From: Scyliorhinus canicula
Lineage: Eukaryota
DNA length: 64,000 bases
Direction of reading: 5' to 3'
NCBI RefSeq assembly: GCF_902713615.1
Contig: NC_052158.1
Location: 151,793,400 to 151,857,399 of the forward strand
Shown: positions 23,001 to 34,894 of the stretch, in pieces
How the letters are laid out: every line of letters starts with the position of its first letter
How positions within the stretch are numbered: position 1 is the first letter of the stretch
Translations under genes and position numbers: made by a program
Notes under the pieces: model-generated
Told to the model about the DNA's origin: nothing
Databases searched by the model: none
The model's input: the letters and a program-made list of their open reading frames with translations, nothing else

Positions 23001-26000
23001 AAGATTAAATTAAGTTATAAAAGACTGTCGGATATTCACTGCCATGGCTCAAATGTTTAGAATAAAAGCACAATACTGCAGCTGCTGGAAATCTGAAATA
23101 ATAACAGAAAATGCTGGATATAGTCAGCAAGTTCAAAATGACACTTTCACACAATCCTGCTGAGTTTATCCTGCATTTTCTGTTCATATTTCATACGTTT
23201 AGTTGGTTCACTTGTGTGTCATTATTGTTCATTCTGTTGACTGCGCGGAATAATTCCTAAAGCCCTTCTGCCTGATGTCAAGGGATAAAACATATTAAAC
23301 ACTCTTTCCGCGAAATGTAGTGTGAAAGGTGGTGGTCAGCTGCCTTGTTGAATGGCTGCAGTCCATGTGGTGTAGGCACACCCACTGTGCTATGAGGGAG
23401 GGAGTTCCAGGAATTTGACCCAGCCACAGTGAAGGAAGCGTGGATATATTTCCAAGTCAGGATGGTGAGTGACTTGGAGGGGAACCTCCAGATAATGGAG
23501 TTCCCATGTATTAGCTGTCCTTGTCCTTCTAGGTGGTAGTGGTCTTGAGTTTGGAAGGTGCTGCCAAAAGAGCCTTGGTGAGTTCCTGCAGTGCAGCTTT
23601 AGATGTTGCACACAGCTGCTACTGTGCTTTGGTGAGAAGGGGGAGTGAATGCTTGTGGAAGGGGGAATAATCAAGCTGCTTTGTCCTGGATGGTATCAAG
23701 CTTCTTGGGTGTTGCTGGAGCTGCAGTCATCTAGGTAAGTTGAGAATATTCCATCACACTCCTGATTTATGTCTTGTAGGTGGTGGACGGGCTTTGGGGA
23801 GTCAAGAGGTGAGTTACTCGACGTAGGATTCCTAGCCTTTGACCTTCTCTGGTAGCCACTGTATTAATGTGGATAGTCCATTTCAGTTTGTAGTCACTGG
23901 TAACCCCCAGGATGGTGATAGTGGGGAATTCCGTGATGGTAATGGAATGTCAAGGGGCGATTATTTGATTCACCCTTATATACGGAATAAAATGCGGCAT
24001 AAATAATAAACTGCAAATTACCCTGAAACCGTTCACAATACCAAGTGGGAACGAGGACATAAAAGTAAAAACCAAAGCCGATGACCATTGTTATTGAACT
24101 TGGATTGCAAGGCAAACCCTAGGAACAGTTACATGACTTTATTGTGTAACACACATGCTTAACAAGACGACTTTCAATAACTGCCTCTCGGTCAGCAACA
24201 TTTAATCTTTCTTGCTTATTAGGAATATTATCAATGTCAAATATATATTTAATCATCTCAAATGCAAACGGCTGAGTGGCAAGAGAGGGATAATGAGTGA
24301 ATTATATATTCCATTTCTTATCCTGTGTCCGCAAGGATGACACAGCAGTGAATTTAAAAATTCCATGATCTAACCATTTGTCATTATTCCTTCAATTGTT
24401 TATCTCGGTTGATTTTAATGCAAATTTGGAAAGAAGGATGCAAAGTTGTGTCAATTTAATCCACAATTGTACTGATTTCAGAGATTGCATGGTGTGCTCT
24501 AGGATTCTCCAAATAAAAATGACAATGCCGTAAATTCTTAACGGTAAGAAGTCTCACAACACCAGGTTAACGTCCAACAGATTTGTTTCAAATCACTAGC
24601 TTTCGGAGCACTGTTCCTTCCTCAGGTGAAAGAAGAGGTATGTTCCAGAAACATATATATAGACAAAGTCAAAGATGCCAGACAATGCTTTGAATGCAAG
24701 CAGTTGAAGGTAATTAAGTCTTTACAAATCCAGAGATATGGGGTAACCCCAGGTTAAAGAGGTGTGATTTGTCTAAAACCAGGACAGTTGGTAGGATTTT
24801 GCAAGCCCAGGCCAGATGGTGTGGGATAAGTGTAATGCGACATGAATCCAAGGTCCCGGTTGAGGCCGTATTCATGTGTGCGGAACGTGGCTCATGAGTG
24901 CGGCCTCAACCGGGACCTGGGATTCATGTCGCATTACATTCATCCCCCACCATCTGACCTGGGCTTGCGAAATCCTACCAACTCTCCTGCCTTGAGACAA
25001 TTCACACCTCTTTAACCTGGGGTTACCCCTATCTCTGGATCTGTAAAGACTTAATTACCTGCAAATGTTCGCATTCAAAGCATTGTCTGGCATCTTTGAA
25101 TTTGTCTATATATATGTTTCTGGAACATACCTCTTCATTCACCTGAGGAAGGAGCAGTGCTCCGAAAGCTAGTGATTTGAAACAAACCTGTTGGACTTTA
25201 ACCTGGTGTTGTAAGACTTCTTACTGTGCTCACCCGAGTCCAACGCCGGCATCTCCACATCGTAAATTCTTAAGAAGGAGATTACTTACCATGGGGATTC
25301 CGAAAGGATTCAGTAACCTTGCTACTGCGGCGGACTGAGAGGACCCCGAATCAGCTACAATCGCATAAATATTCCTGCAGTCCTCCTCTGAATCAGCATC
25401 CCGTTGCCCATCCAAAATCTCAAAGGCTGCTTTGATAGACAAGGATGGCATGCCGCAAGAATCGTAAATCTGGTAACCCAGTGTAATATTCGGCAGTAGC
25501 GTCGGGTTCCGGTTTATTTCATCAACGGCGTACATCATTGCTCGCACAAAGCGAAATTCTCTGAAATCAAATCTACAACATGCATAAATGGCAGTAGACC
25601 AGTTTTTTAAAATCACATTGAGATTTGGCCAAGTATACGCTTTTTCCAGATGTGATTGTACCGTTACTGGAGTTTCATAGTAACTAAGATGCGCTTATTA
25701 AATAATTGCAAACCATCACATGGTAGTGACAAAAGCAATGGCAACATACTCCCAGCCGGTATGTGTACATTTATATATATCTGCATACATAAATATATGA
25801 TATGCCACGTATACTCTTTCAACTCATAGACAAGTCAACGCAATCTGGTTTTAATAGTCATGGTTGAAGGATACTTTTCCCCTTTATTATTGCTGCACTT
25901 ACACATGTAAATAAAATTACATATACAAGCAAACTCAATGATGTAAGGCCGCCGCACAAAACACGAAACAATATGTACTTAACTGCAAATTTCAACTAAC

Positions 26001-26212
26001 TTTTTGCATTTTGCCCCTTTGGGTTGGGTTTCAAATGAAAACTCCGCATCCTCGACACTGGAGTGCAGGCTGAAAATTCCACCCAGAACAACGTCCCCAT
26101 CCTTGGAGAAACTGAGTAAATCGAATTTCTCCCAATGCCTACAGGTTGGTTGATAGGCTGCCCTTGCGGGTGCTAACATAGTTAATAGGACCCAAAGCAG
26201 AAAACAATGCAT
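19119..26212 (-). CDS. Gene B: complete V2R/OlfC-type (CaSR-like) class C GPCR, 855 aa; join(26212..26001,25572..25290,22251..21430,21295..21071,20256..20133,20020..19119)
   Basis: Exon lengths 212+283+822+225+124+902 = 2568 nt, in frame. VFT, nine-cysteine domain ([29 protein letters not shown]) and 7TM ([62 protein letters not shown]). Confidence 0.95.
20133..20256 (-). CDS. Gene B exon 5 (cysteine-rich domain)
   Basis: cataag|[28 protein letters not shown]|gtacgt; 124 nt, same length as gene C exon 5. Confidence 0.93.
20485..20840 (-). mobile_element. Second tRNA-derived SINE family (core ggaaggaaatctgcc..cctgg..tgtgactccag..acagcaatgtg; MER131-like as recalled)
   Basis: Homologous copies at ~33620-33960 (+), 36270-36605 (-), 41640-41985 (-), 48280-48595 (-), 50035-50350 (+), 62280-63270 (+). 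Confidence 0.65.
21071..21295 (-). CDS. Gene B exon 4
   Basis: ctaaag|[24 protein letters not shown]|gtagcc; 225 nt. Confidence 0.9.
21430..22251 (-). CDS. Gene B exon 3
   Basis: cccacag|[31 protein letters not shown]|gtatgg; 822 nt. Confidence 0.95.
22268..22404. repeat. Tandem duplication, 70-bp period, 2 copies
   Basis: 22268-22334 and 22338-22404 are identical except aa/cc. Confidence 0.92.
22529..22704 (-). mobile_element. Short palindromic Penelope-like insertion, same family, with degenerate hammerhead at 22625-22661 (GAAA to AAAA)
   Basis: 22529-22626 is the reverse complement of ~25163-25261; arms ~22571-22621 / ~22656-22704; degenerate TSD ttaatacccat / ttaatacgtcat. Confidence 0.82.
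22729..23010 (+). mobile_element. V-SINE, tail type B
   Basis: Head + V-domain + tgtgacaataaagatt. Confidence 0.82.
23060..23193. repeat. Short fold-back repeat, possibly a second Penelope-like family end
   Basis: tgaaataataacagaaaatgctggatatagtcagcaag (~23094-23131) pairs with cctgctgagtttatcctgcattttctgttcatatttca (~23156-23193), plus a ~30-nt unpaired extension; family assignment from memory. Confidence 0.5.
23325..23985 (-). mobile_element. 3' region of the second LINE family (related pieces at ~27870-28320, ~33080-33580, ~60365-60560 and 1-260)
   Basis: Recurrent cagctgccttcttgaac..gcagtcc..tggtgtag..cccacagtgct..gggaggga and ggtaacccc.aggat..gatagtggggga segments. Confidence 0.6.
24593..24629 (-). 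ncRNA. Minimal type I hammerhead ribozyme motif (sense to gene B intron 2)
   Basis: Reverse complement TCAC CTGAGGA A GGAAC-AGT-GCTCC GAAA GC TA GTGA; core intact, one A-C mismatch in stem II. Confidence 0.75.
25139..25175 (+). ncRNA. Minimal type I hammerhead ribozyme motif (antisense to gene B)
   Basis: TCAC CTGAGGA A GGAGC-AGT-GCTCC GAAA GC TA GTGA: stem I TCAC/GTGA, core CUGAnGA and GAAA, 5-bp stem II, palindromic AGCU in place of stem III, CUA cleavage triplet. Confidence 0.8.
25290..25572 (-). CDS. Gene B exon 2
   Basis: ttgtag|[33 protein letters not shown]|gtaagt. Confidence 0.93.
26001..26212 (-). CDS. Gene B exon 1
   Basis: [18 protein letters not shown] signal peptide, [10 protein letters not shown]; ends CK-AA|gttagt (phase 2). 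Confidence 0.9.
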
Positions 26213-26259
26213 CGTTCGTCAGCGGAAGTAACTGTGATCGGACATTGCTGCACAATGCC

Positions 26260-26350
26260 TTTATATACGGTTGCATCTAATCGTCTTCCGGTGTCTTTCA
26301 GTTTAATTCCCCGTCAGTGTAAAGGAAATGTTGAGCAACCTCCTCAAAAG
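26260..26350 (-). promoter_or_regulatory. Gene B proximal promoter: TATATAAA (26267-26260), O/E-like CCTCAAAAG (26342-26350)
   Basis: TATA ~50 nt upstream of ATG 26212. Confidence 0.55.
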
Positions 26351-28364
26351 GCACAAAGGGAAGAGTTCACGGGCAAGTCTTGTCACGTCCAAACCTCGAG
26401 AGGAACAAGAAAACACCCAGCGTGTTCTCACTGGGGCCTTGTTCAAAGGGGACTTGGAGAGACACCTGAAAAGAAAACGAACACATGGCCATGGGGAGTG
26501 AGGCTAATTGCTGGAGTGTTGGACTTCTTGAAAAGATTTTCCAAAGGCACACTCACCGTGATTTGAATAACCACCTTGTGCTCTTCATTGCTGTGTCATT
26601 AATGCGGGGGAAGAGAGGGAGCACTTTATGGTCACTTGCTTGGGATTTTAGCAGTAAAAGGATTAAATAGTTTCATAAATTTCAACAGTGACTGCATGTC
26701 AAAAGCACTTCATTGGTTATAAAGCGTGTTGGGACGTCGTGAGAAGGGTGGATGGCCTTATATAAATGGAAGTCCTCCTTGCTTTGTATTGTCGGCAAGC
26801 GGGATTATATTGAAAAATATATTTCAGGTATTATTTGTATGTCGCATTAGATGCATCATGCAATCGTACTGAACTTCCAGGAGGGCACATGAAACGGGAC
26901 ATCATAATTTTAGAAGTAATAAATCTCCTTCGTCGTGCACGCCTTCACCTCTTCACATGATCACGATGCTATCAACCTTACTCTGCCATTTAGAATAATA
27001 CTAAGGAAAAATAAAAGGCAATTTAGCCAGGAGCAGTTCTAAGCGCTTGTTGCAAAATATTCTTGTTGCTACCTCACTGCAAACGAAGAGGTCATAAATA
27101 AATTGGAAGGGGCTAAAATTGATCAAGATGATGGACGTAAAACGTTGTTAGCATTCCTGGTGTGCTAAGGGAAATAAAGGTGGAGACAGCAGAGACCCTG
27201 CCCCAGTCTTCCAATCCCCCCCCCCCCTAGGTATGGGAGCAGGGCTGGGGGTGGGGGGAGAGCACAGGAGGATTGCATATGTTATGCCTCCACTAAAAAG
27301 AGGAGAGGGGTAAACCTGGTAACTTCAGACCAGTTAGTTAAATGTTGGTGTTGGCAAAAAATTAACATTCCAAAACAGAACTATTACTTGGAAAAATGTG
27401 GATTAGTGAATGACAGCCCATATGGACTTCTTAAAGCCAAATTTTGTTCACTAGTTTTATTCAGTTATTTCATGAAGCAATATAAAGGTTTCCTGATGAT
27501 ACTGCCGTAAATGTTGTTCATAGTGTCTTTCACAATACAGAAAAAAGGAAACCAATGTGATTAAGTGGGCAGTGACAGTATAGATACAGTATTGGCTAAG
27601 GGACAGAGAGAATATGAGAATAAACTGATGTCTACCAGGAATCAGGATTAGGACCAGCTATCGTTTCTGTCTTAATTAAAAACTTATACTTGGATAGTTG
27701 GATTGGAGCATGGATAGTTGAGGACGTGCGTAGTTGGGGTATGGGTAGTCGGGTCAGATGGTGGACTACAGGGGTTGTTGGCTGGGTTGGAGGATTTGGG
27801 GTGGTAGTCGGGTGTGAGTAATCTGGTCGAGGAGTGAGCAGTCCTGTTTTTTGTTGTTTTTATATTATATTCATTTTACGGGATCTGGACGTCTTTGGCT
27901 AGGCCAGCATTTATTGTCCATCCCTGGAAACCCTTCAGAGATTGGTGATGAGCTGCCTTCTTGAACCCTAGCAGTTCCTGAGGTATAGTTACACCCACAG
28001 TGCTGTCAGGGAGGGATTCTCAGGATTTTGACACAATCGTATTGATATGGCTAGTCTCTGGTCAATGGTAACCCTCAGGAATTTTATAGTGGGGGATTCA
28101 GTGATGGGAATGTCATTGACAGTCAAGTGGTGATGGTTAGATCATCTCTTGTTGGAGATTATCATTGTCTGGCACTTGTGTGGTGCAAATGTAACTTACC
28201 ATTTGTCAGCCCAAACCTGAATATTGTCCAAACTGCTTCAGTATCTGAGGAATCATGTTACTGAACATTTTACAGTCATCTATGAACATCGCCATTTATG
28301 ACCTCATGCAGTTGGAAAGGGAGGGTAGTCAGATGGGGGTTGTGGAGTTTGGGGTGCATCGCAG

Positions 28365-30500
28365 CATGAGTAGGCCATTTGGCCTATTGAGTCTGCTTCA
28401 CCATTCAATCCGACCATAGTTGATTTGGTTATGGGCTCAACTCCACTTTCCTGTCTGCCCTCCCCCCACCTCCCCCCCCACCTCCTCCCCCCCCCCCCCC
28501 CACCCCATGATTCCCTGTTTATCAAAAATCAATCTAACTCAGCCTTGATTCATTGGCCCACCCTCCACTGGTTTCCTAGGAACACCATTTCACACACTAA
28601 GATCCTCTGAAAGACAAAATCCTCCTCATCTCCATCTTAAAAGAGAGACCTCTAATTCTTACGTTCTGTCTCCTAGTTCTAGTCTCCCCAAAATAAGAAT
28701 TATCTTCCCTTTATTCACATTATCAAGTTAACTCAAGACCTTGTATGTTACAATATGACCATTGTTCTAAACTCCATTGGGAATGAATCCAACCTGTTCA
28801 ACCGTTCTTCATACAATAAGCCCTTCATCCGAATAATGAGTTGAATGGATCTTCTGTGAACTGCTTCTAACCCAATAAACAGTAATCCAGATGTGGTCTC
28901 ATTAAGGCCCTTTGCACCTCCAGCAAATCATCCCTACTTTAATGTTCCATTTCCGCTGACAATAAATACCAACATTCCATTCATTTTTCATTCATTTACA
29001 GGATATGGGCATCAATGGTCTGACCAGTATTTATTGCCCATCCCTAATTGCACTTGAAAAGATGGCGCAGAACTGCCATCTTGAACCGCTGCAATCCATG
29101 TGGTGTAGATCCATGCACAGTGCTATTAGGGAGGGAATCGCAATGTATTTCCGCCTCAGCATGATAACTTTCCAATAATTTGCTGTGCCTGCATACTAAT
29201 TTATTGTGATTCATGTATCAGGACACCCAGATCCCTCTGTACCTCCTCTCTGCTTTCATGTTCTTCTTCCTAAATCCTCACATTTTCCCACATTATACTC
29301 CATCTGCAAATTCCCCCACTCATTTCAGCTATCTATACTGCTTTGCAGACTCTCTGCCTCCCCTTGATAATTTGCTTTCCTACCCATCTAGGTGCTATCA
29401 ACAAATCTAACTACCATGTATTCAGTCACTTCATCCAGGTCATTGATGTAGATTGTAAGCAGTTGAGACCCCATCACTAACCCCATGCCACTTCACTAGA
29501 TACAGCTTGCCAATATGAAAAAGAGCCATTCATTCCGATTCTCGGCTTTCTGTTGGCTATCCATGCTAATATGTTACACCATACTCCATGTTCTCTTATC
29601 TTGTGTAACATGGGCAGCATGGTGGTTAGCATTGTTGCTTCACAGCTCCAGGGTCCTAGGTTCAATTCCGAGCTTGGGTTACTGTCTGTGCGGAGTCTGC
29701 ATGTTTTCCCCGTGTCTGCGTGGGTTTCCTCTGGGTGCTCCGGTTTCCTCCCATAGTCCAAAGATGTGGAGGTTAGGTAGATTGGCCATGTTAAAGGTTA
29801 GGTGGGATTACTAGGTTACGGGGATGGGGTGGAGGAGTGGGTTTAAGTAGGATGCTCTTTCCAAGGGCCGGTGCAGACCCGATGGGCCAAAGGCCTCCTT
29901 CTGCACTGCAAATTCTATGATTCTATGAACCTTATCAAATACATTTTGGAAACCTATGTGTGCCACACGTACAGGTTCTCCTTTAACCGCCTTGCGTGTT
30001 ACTTCCTTAAAAAACTTGAATAACGTTTGAGGGTTATTTTGTTGTGGGTCCTGTCTCTGTTGGATGTTGTTGTTGAAAAATGTTAAAGTTATAAATGCCT
30101 CAATAAAATATTTTCTAAAAATAAAACTCTAATAAATTTGTTGAATGTGATTCCCGTTTCACAAATCCTTGTTGACTCTGGCTGATCACGTTAGGATTTT
30201 CTAAATAACCTGCAATTACTTCAATACTAACGGATACTAGCAATATCTCAATGAAAGATGTTAGGCTGCTGCTGTAGTTTCCTGCCTTTATCTCCCTCCT
30301 TTCTTGAATGAAGATGATACATTACCTGTTTCTAACCCTCACATAATCTACGGAATTTGGGAAGATTTTACGCAATTCATCAATTATTTCTGCATTCTTT
30401 TTGAGCACCTTGTATGCAAACCATCTGTTCCTGGCATCTTGCTCACCTTTAGTTAAAATAGTTTCAATCATCTTTCCCCAGTGATGGTGATTGTTTTAAG
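28365..30500 (-). mobile_element. Degraded CR1 LINE, fragmented; HE1-like SINE inserted at 29612-29927 (+)
   Basis: LHKIREHGVWCNILAWI..RIGMNGSFS.WQAV.S motif; CR1 3' UTR at 28365-28900. Confidence 0.7.
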
Positions 30501-30573
30501 TTCTTCTCTTCCATTCGCCTTTTGGTTTTCAAGTATCTTTGGGAAGCTTTCTAAACCTTCCACAGAGATTTAT

Positions 30574-30802
30574 GGGTGGCACAGTGGTTAGCAATGCTGC
30601 CTCACAGCTCCAGGTTCCTGGGTTAAATTCCAGCCTCGGGTGACTATCTGTGTGGAGAATGCACTTTCTCCCTGTGTCTGTGTGGGCTTCCTCCCGGTGC
30701 TCCGGTTTCCTCCCACAGTCTAAATATGTGCAGGGGAGGTGCATAGGCCATGTTAAATTGCTCCTTAGTGTCCAAAAGATTAGGTGGGGTTATTGGGTTA
30801 CT
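30574..30802 (+). mobile_element. V-SINE, 3'-truncated at the junction with the RTE fragment
   Basis: Head + V-domain. Confidence 0.8.
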
Positions 30803-32160
30803 GTCCTCCAAGCTGATCAGGACAATCTGTTTCAGATATCGTTGATGGTACCGCTCCAGGGCCTTGAGCTGGTTGTATGTGTAGACCAAGTTTCTGAGAT
30901 ATATGCAAGAGTCGGGAGGATGACTGCCTTGTACACGAGGATTTTGGTGTCAGCTCAAACATCTTGACTGTCAAAGACTCTGCTCCTTTGCCATCCAAAA
31001 GAGGTGCCCATAGATTCGATATGACATTGGCTCTCCACAGCCAATATCAGTCTTAGGTGAGAGGTGGCGTTCCAGGTATGGGGAATGTTCCACGATTCAT
31101 AGGATTTCTCCAGTGATCTTGATGGAGGGAAAGACCAGATCTTACCCTGGGGTGGGTGGTAAAGGACTTGAGTCTTCTTAAGGTTGAGACTGAGACTGGC
31201 TCTTTGGTATGCTCCTGCAAAAGTGTCAAGCATGGCTTGGAGATTTTCTTCTGAGAGAGTGGAGATAGTGATGCCATACATGTACTGAAGTTCCACGAGC
31301 GATGTCAGTTTTGTTTGCTTCTTCCTTTTCAATGGTTGAGGTTGAAAGATTTTCTGTCCACCCTGTAGATGATGTCCACTCTGGTTGGAAGCTTGTTCTT
31401 GACAAGTTGAAGGATGGTGGCATTGAAGATGGAGAGACGGACGAGGGTGATGACATGTCTCTTCAGTCTTTGACTTCAGTCTTGTCCTCCAAGGTTTCTG
31501 TTATTTCCGTAGGCTGAGGAGCCTGCTGGATATTGTTTTCCAGCCAGGTTGAGGATGAAACAGACTAATTTTAGGGCACCTTTTCTCGTCCTTTCGCCGT
31601 GTATGGTGACCAGACTGGATCCTGAAGAGGGCTGCGTTGTCATGAAGAAATCTGTCAAAACGTTTGCCAGCTCCATTCCAAGAGCTGGATGACTGAATCA
31701 AACTCCACTGTCTATGTGCCAGTCTGAAGCTAGGGACTTCCAGATCTCACAGTCTTGTCCAATTCACGCCTCAGTGCTTGTCTGTGTAGGGGATGTGTTG
31801 GTTTCCTCTAGGAGATGCTTGGTGCGGGACATCCTTTAATGTGGGTATGCAGGCACACCGTCCTTGACAGAGCAAAGGTTCAGTTCCCGGGGCAAGGGAA
31901 CCTCGAGGACTGGGAGCTCACTACTGCTGCAGCCTTCATCTGCCACCGCAGCCATTGATACCATACTAGTATGTTCTGCCTGATCCACCAGTGAGGACTT
32001 GTTTTAGATTGCGCTTTGTCTGGTACCTCCCCCCAATTGTACTGTCATGGGTCACCCTGCCTAGAGTTTGAGACTCCTGACATAATTGGCCTTGGTATCA
32101 ACAGAACTTTCAAGCTGCTCCACCATGGAAAGGTAACAACTCGAGGAAAGGAGTGCTTGT
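30803..32160 (-). mobile_element. RTE-clade LINE, internally deleted
   Basis: LVYKAVILPTLAYISETWST..QLKALERYHQRYL; SEENLQAMLDTFAGAYQRASLSLNLKKTQVL; 5'-UTR-like segment at 31740-32150. Confidence 0.78.
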
Positions 32161-34894
32161 TATAAGTTAAATAAAAATACAGAATAACTTTACAAAACTT
32201 GCAGCGTTACAGAAATTACACAAATCTGTACAAAATACATATAAAATCAATGTTTAAAAGTGATTGGTGTGCTAAATATAACACATCTTCAACTTACAGC
32301 CATTAAAATTTAAAAGAGTTGTAAAGCTAACTACAGAACTTAATTCTAAACTTACAGAATCAAAGCTAGTTACATACTGTGAAATAAAGTGACCTATTAA
32401 ACTGAATTAATTCAATGCACAAGGCTGAATTTTGAGGGTTTGTTTTGCTTTTCACAAAAGGTCTTTAAATTTTGACAATGCAGCTGAAAATTTTAATTGT
32501 TGGGGAGGTAAATGATTCCACACCTTCAATTATTCAAACTTGATATCTTGCATCACTCGCTTGTGCAATGTACTTTCTCCCTTGTCAAGTTTGAGTATGG
32601 TGCTAAGACCAAGTCATGTGATGAGCTAATGCCCCAGAATTCATCATTAAACCATATTGGGTTAACATATGTTAATTTTTTGGCTAATGCCATATCTAAA
32701 CTACAAACTAATTGTCAACATATATCAAAATGAAACTTACTTGCAGCCTACTGGAACAATGTGTCCAGGTGACTGTCCCTCTCCTTGATGCATCGCAGTG
32801 TCTGCAGCTCAGCCTCCACCTAAATTACTCTGAGCCAAAGCTCTTCGCCTCACTGAGACTTACACTGAGATGTGTTTGCCATGGATCACAGTGGAGTCGA
32901 GGAAATCCCACGTTCTGTGGTTGCAACACTTTACGTCAACAGTGAATTGTATTTCAAATCTAAAACAAACTAGACTGAGATCTTAGTAAGAGCATAACCC
33001 TTAAAATGTCCTGACTCACCAATTTCCCAAGCTCACACTCTGTGTCGAGCTGTGCTCAGTAATAAATTACTCTCTTTATGCTGGCTTTCCAGTTCTGAGT
33101 ACCTCATTATTTACATCATGGGGGCTATCATTGACCATGAACTTTACTGAACCAACCATATAAATAGTGCAATGGCCAGAGCAAGTCAGGGACTGGGAAA
33201 TCTGTGGTGAGTAACTCATTTTCTGACTCCCACAGCCCAGTCCACCACTTCCAATGCATGGGTTAGGAGTATGATGGAATGATCTTGACTTACCTGGATG
33301 ACTGCAGTCCCAACAACATTCAAGAGACATGACACCATCCAAAACAGAACAACCAGCTCTACTGGCACCCCATCTGGCCTCTTAAAGTTTCAACCCATCT
33401 CACACCTTCACACAGTTTCTGCAGTGTGTACCACCTGCCAAATTATTTGCAGCAAATTGTCAAGCTCCTTCAGCAGCACCTTCCAAACCCGTAACTACTA
33501 ACTCCAACAAGAATGAGGGCTGCAGTGGCTTGGGAATGCAATCACCTGCAAGTTCCCCTTCGAGTCATACACCATACTAGCTTGGGGCGTACCTAAGTTA
33601 TAGGGGTAGCTGTTGGTTGCAATGGCGATGTGACTGGACTTGTAATGCACAGGTCCAGGCGAATGGGCTGGGGACGCTGGTTAAAATCCCATTAGGGCAA
33701 CTGGTGATTTTTCAATCAGTAAATGGATAGAATTGGAAGCTCATCTCAGTAATGGAGACGATGAAAATGATGATCGATTTTTGTTTTTAAAAAATCATCT
33801 GGTCTTTTAAGGAAGGAAATCTGCCATCCATATCTGGTCTAGCCTGCGTGTGACTCCAGGTCTACAGCAATGTGGTTGACTCTTGACAGCCTTGTGAAAT
33901 GCTCTTAAGATCACCTACTCAAGGGCATTTCACGAAGCTGTGATAAAATGCTGGTGTCGGGACTGAAAGAATTACAAAAGTGTAGAAACGGAACTTTTTT
34001 TTAAAAACAGCTCATACTGCAAAGGGCGAATGTCAGGGGAGAGAAATTAGCATTAACCTTTCCTTGGAACTGGCAGGCATTGAAAATGTAAATGTTTCTA
34101 AGCAATTGCAATGCAAGGGAAATAAACGACAATGGCCATGCAAGAATAAAGAAGGTGTGTGATAGGCTAGAATTCAGGAATGGATCAATTTAAAAGGGGC
34201 ATTTGGTACAAGGCAAAATCTGGATAATCAGACAATAAAAAACAAAATACAAAATATAGTAAAATATAGTTTTCACTTTCTTCCATTGGCCTGGGAGCAT
34301 TCTTTAGTCACCAAAAAAAATGACAACAGCGCCCTATTTAAATCACATATATTTGCAGAGATATCTCAGTTCAGAGTGTCAATGTGGAGGGATGGGAGGG
34401 AGGCATCAGAGTCCCTGGTTAGGGAAAGAAAACCATCCCCTGTTCACACTGCCTGTGACTTTCAGTGACTCCTGCATGAGTAATTTATATGGGTCATAGT
34501 AAAGGATCATTTATAATTGTGCTGTTCCAGTAGTCTGATGGTTGGTATGTGTAGAACCTCCTATCAAATACAGATCCACTCATGAGTGACAATAAAGTAC
34601 TAAAGGAGTGTTTGTACTTATAATTTACTCCTTCAGTTCATATTTTATGCAAATGTAAGAACAATAGTAAGAGAATAACAACCGTTTGAGGTATTTCATG
34701 TATTGCAATCGGATTTGAAGTCTCCACTCTACCCCAAAACCATCTCTCATTTCCCATCCAATCGTTTTGCCTCTTAAGTTGCATTCATCAGCATCCGCAT
34801 TCCATTCAAAGTCTCCAGACACGATTACAATCTGGAAAATGCAAATCTATGGACCCTCTCATGGTGCTGACAGTGCTGATGGTGCTGACCTCCT

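Larger units (their letters stand above)
24542..25260 (+). mobile_element. Penelope-like retroelement 3' end in inverted (palindromic) configuration
   Basis: ~335-bp arms (24541-24876 / 24893-25227), 16-nt spacer, ~33-nt unpaired tail to 25260, 13-bp TSD cgtaaattcttaa (24529-24541 / 25261-25273). Arms encode [18 protein letters not shown], resembling the C-terminus of the PLE GIY-YIG endonuclease. Confidence 0.88.

Noticed and set aside
31740-32160. Possible HDV-like ribozyme at the RTE 5' end
   Set aside because: Could not build the nested double pseudoknot by eye; would need a descriptor search
34020-34130. Degenerate segment reminiscent of another Penelope-like repeat
   Set aside because: Too diverged; no intact hammerhead core or inverted arm
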